This document shows, piece by piece, positions 27,652 to 29,634 of a stretch of 29,634 nucleotides of DNA. The position numbers were made by a program, and so were the translations under genes. Below the pieces are notes generated by a model. It saw only the letters and a program-made list of their open reading frames with translations, was not told the DNA's origin and ran no database searches. This DNA comes from Candidatus Heimdallarchaeota archaeon (lineage in GTDB: Archaea > Asgardarchaeota > Heimdallarchaeia > Hodarchaeales > Hodarchaeaceae), in NCBI GenBank assembly GCA_011364965.1, contig RDOB01000002.1, positions 616,631 to 646,264 on the forward strand, written 5' to 3'. Numbering within the stretch: position 1 is the first letter of the stretch; each line of letters starts with the position of its first letter.

Positions 27652-28989
27652 ATGTCGATGATCTGTATCTGCCTTACAGAAGATCCTTTAGCTAAAGTCT
27701 TCTCTTACGTACCTGGACAGAGACTCAATATTAGTATAAATTTTCCAGAGGATTCTATTCCAGATTATTACCGTGTAAAAATATTGGATCATCGTAAAAA
27801 TTCTCGGTTTAATAGATACGGGAAGGGGTCTTCTGAAATTTCTATTAATAATTGGCCAATCCCTCAAAACATTCGTGAGGAGCATTATGGTGTATGGCAA
27901 GTCTGGATTGATGATAAAAAAAATCAAATTCAACCATTTGGCACCTTTTTTTTTGTAGAACATACAAAGCGAGTAGAGTTACCATTATTAGCTAGTGGTG
28001 TTCCAATCATGATGATTGAATTACCTGTTGAAGTTAAAATTACTGAACCAATTCCAATCTCAGAACAAGCTGCTGTAGTCGAAGGGAGCCAACTATCCAC
28101 AACAATTGAAGTTACAGAGAATATTCCTGTTACTAAAATCAAAGGTCTTGGCAAGACCTATGCTACAAGGTTGGCAAAATTATCAATTTACACTGTAACA
28201 GATTTTTGGAATCATACCGATCGGATCGAATTAGCGGAAATAATGCGAATAACTGATAAAAAACTTGCTTCTATGCTTCAAGAAGCTGAATTAATATTAG
28301 GTGAATCCACAGAGAAAGTTTATATAAAAGAGGAGGTAGAGGAAGGAGTTATTCCTGATGATATTTTATCAGTAAAAGGAATTGGGCCGAAATCAGCAGA
28401 AAGATTAGCTTCTATTGGTATATTAACTAAGTCTGATCTTTTGGACTTTGAAAATGTAGAAGAATTAAGACAAACTCTTAAAGTATCAACGGAAAAGCTT
28501 TCTGATATCTTAGCGTCTATTGGTAGAATTTTAAAACCAATAGAAGTGAAACCAATTTCAGATATGGATCCTTTATCCCAACCCATAACAATTATTCATG
28601 GAATAGGTGCTAAATCAGCAGAAAAACTTGCTAAAATTGGAATTTTCACCGTTAATGATTTAATAAATTCATCAGATATGGATTTGAAAGGTGTTATCAC
28701 GCATAGTCAATATAGCAAGTTAAAAACAAATGCAACGATTTTATTAAGGAGAGAGGCTTCTCAAGAGCTCATTAGTACAAAGAAAATCTCTAAAAATGAG
28801 AAGGATCTCCGTCATATAAAAGGTATAGGGGTGAAAACAGCAGAAAGATTGAATAATGCTGGAATAAAATCAATAACGGATCTAGCAGGTATATCTGATA
28901 TTGATGACATAGCCAAATTATCTGGACTAGCATTGTCAAAAATTAGGAATTGGATAAAAATAGCTAAAGAGGTGGATAAATTTGACTAA
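27652..28989 (+). CDS. Ig/MG2-like domain fused to four helix-hairpin-helix (HHH_5/Rad51-NTD-like) modules
   Basis: Four repeats: IKGLGKTYATRL, VKGIGPKSAERL, IHGIGAKSAEKL and IKGIGVKTAERL, each followed by (G/S)Ix(T/S)xxD(L/F). Confidence 0.85.
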   Translation: MSMICICLTEDPLAKVFSYVPGQRLNISINFPEDSIPDYYRVKILDHRKNSRFNRYGKGSSEISINNWPIPQNIREEHYGVWQVWIDDKKNQIQPFGTFFFVEHTKRVELPLLASGVPIMMIELPVEVKITEPIPISEQAAVVEGSQLSTTIEVTENIPVTKIKGLGKTYATRLAKLSIYTVTDFWNHTDRIELAEIMRITDKKLASMLQEAELILGESTEKVYIKEEVEEGVIPDDILSVKGIGPKSAERLASIGILTKSDLLDFENVEELRQTLKVSTEKLSDILASIGRILKPIEVKPISDMDPLSQPITIIHGIGAKSAEKLAKIGIFTVNDLINSSDMDLKGVITHSQYSKLKTNATILLRREASQELISTKKISKNEKDLRHIKGIGVKTAERLNNAGIKSITDLAGISDIDDIAKLSGLALSKIRNWIKIAKEVDKFD

Positions 28990-29269
28990 AATCTGTCATT
29001 CTTTCGTTTATAATACAATATATTCTTCTATTTTCCAGTTAAAGCATTTTGTCGGATTTAAAAAAGATTGACAATTCTTGGGAGCAAATCATTTTAATAT
29101 GATAGCTTTTCAATATTACTACTTGATGTTTTCTTATTAAAGGAGAAAATAGATCAATTTCAAACAATTTAATGTATCAGTACTCTTTGATATTGCTCTA
29201 TTACCCTTAATTTAAATATATGTAATATTAAAGTTAAAGATTTCATAAATAAGTCTTGGAGAGATAACC

Positions 29270-29634
29270 TTGTCAGAATTTGATAGATTAGAAAGTAGTG
29301 ATAAATACACACGGATTCGTGCGGCTGATGCACTTGGAAATGTAAGAACTAAAGCAGCTTTACGGGCTTTACTTGATGCAGCTCGAAATGATCCTGATAA
29401 AGATGTTCGGAAAGCTGCTCTTGATTCCATTGAAAAATTAAGAGATCCAGAAGCTCTTAAAACTTTAGAGAAAATAGCATCTGACGATAAAGATCGTGGA
29501 ACGAGGAGTAAAGCAAAGGATGTCATTAAAACGATTGAAACGAGTGGTCGTGAACTTCCAGAAAGTGAAGCATTCTCTGAGAGTGATGCTGACCGTTCTA
29601 GAAGAGATGCTCGCGCTCTTGAAGAGCATGAGGC
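29270..29634 (+). CDS. HEAT/PBS-lyase repeat protein (runs off the window)
   Basis: Not in the ORF track. TTG start after GGAG, with an in-frame stop at 29246: MSEFDRLESSDKYTRIRAADALGNVRTKAALRALLDAARNDPDKDVRKAALDSIEKLRDPEALKTLEKIASDDKDRGTRSKAKDVI... Confidence 0.85.
   Translation, partial: MSEFDRLESSDKYTRIRAADALGNVRTKAALRALLDAARNDPDKDVRKAALDSIEKLRDPEALKTLEKIASDDKDRGTRSKAKDVIKTIETSGRELPESEAFSESDADRSRRDARALEEHE

Noticed and set aside
25997-29526. ORFs 25997-26326, 27688-27963, 27930-28154, 28320-28586 and 29212-29526
   Set aside because: Antisense shadows. The last mirrors the plus-strand HEAT-repeat gene.
1-29634. tRNA, rRNA, CRISPR array, IS element or C/D-box sRNA
   Set aside because: No GC-rich structured RNA, regularly spaced repeats or transposase were seen, and no convincing paired C/D boxes were found in the spacers by eye.

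Overview
This is an AT-rich archaeal window, most likely from an Asgard archaeon (inference). The archaeal evidence is aIF-1A, GGTGA/GGAGG Shine-Dalgarno sites, BRE+TATA promoters, apparently leaderless genes and U-tract terminators. It holds about 29 protein-coding genes; I found no rRNA, tRNA, CRISPR array or mobile element. Left part: a dihydropyrimidinase-like amidohydrolase (partial, absent from the ORF track) divergent from an ATCase paralogue that has lost key aspartate-binding residues, then a dedicated ECF transporter operon. Next is a single-TM protein whose sequence tracks eukaryotic CCDC47 (PAT complex), then a compact module of an APC permease, a calcineurin-like phosphoesterase and two paralogous Pol-beta-type nucleotidyltransferases. 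A nitrogen-catabolism block follows: LysE, a class III aminotransferase, a YgeY-like M20 hydrolase, a CE4 amidohydrolase, a short arginine deiminase, an isochorismatase-family hydrolase and a ThrC-like PLP enzyme. Right part: an Fe-S protein, GDPD, aIF-1A, a TMK-like kinase, an MFS transporter, a tandem pair sharing an Ig/MG2-like domain (one copy fused to four HhH modules) and a partial HEAT-repeat gene (also absent from the ORF track). All homology calls come from motif recognition by eye; no searches were run.
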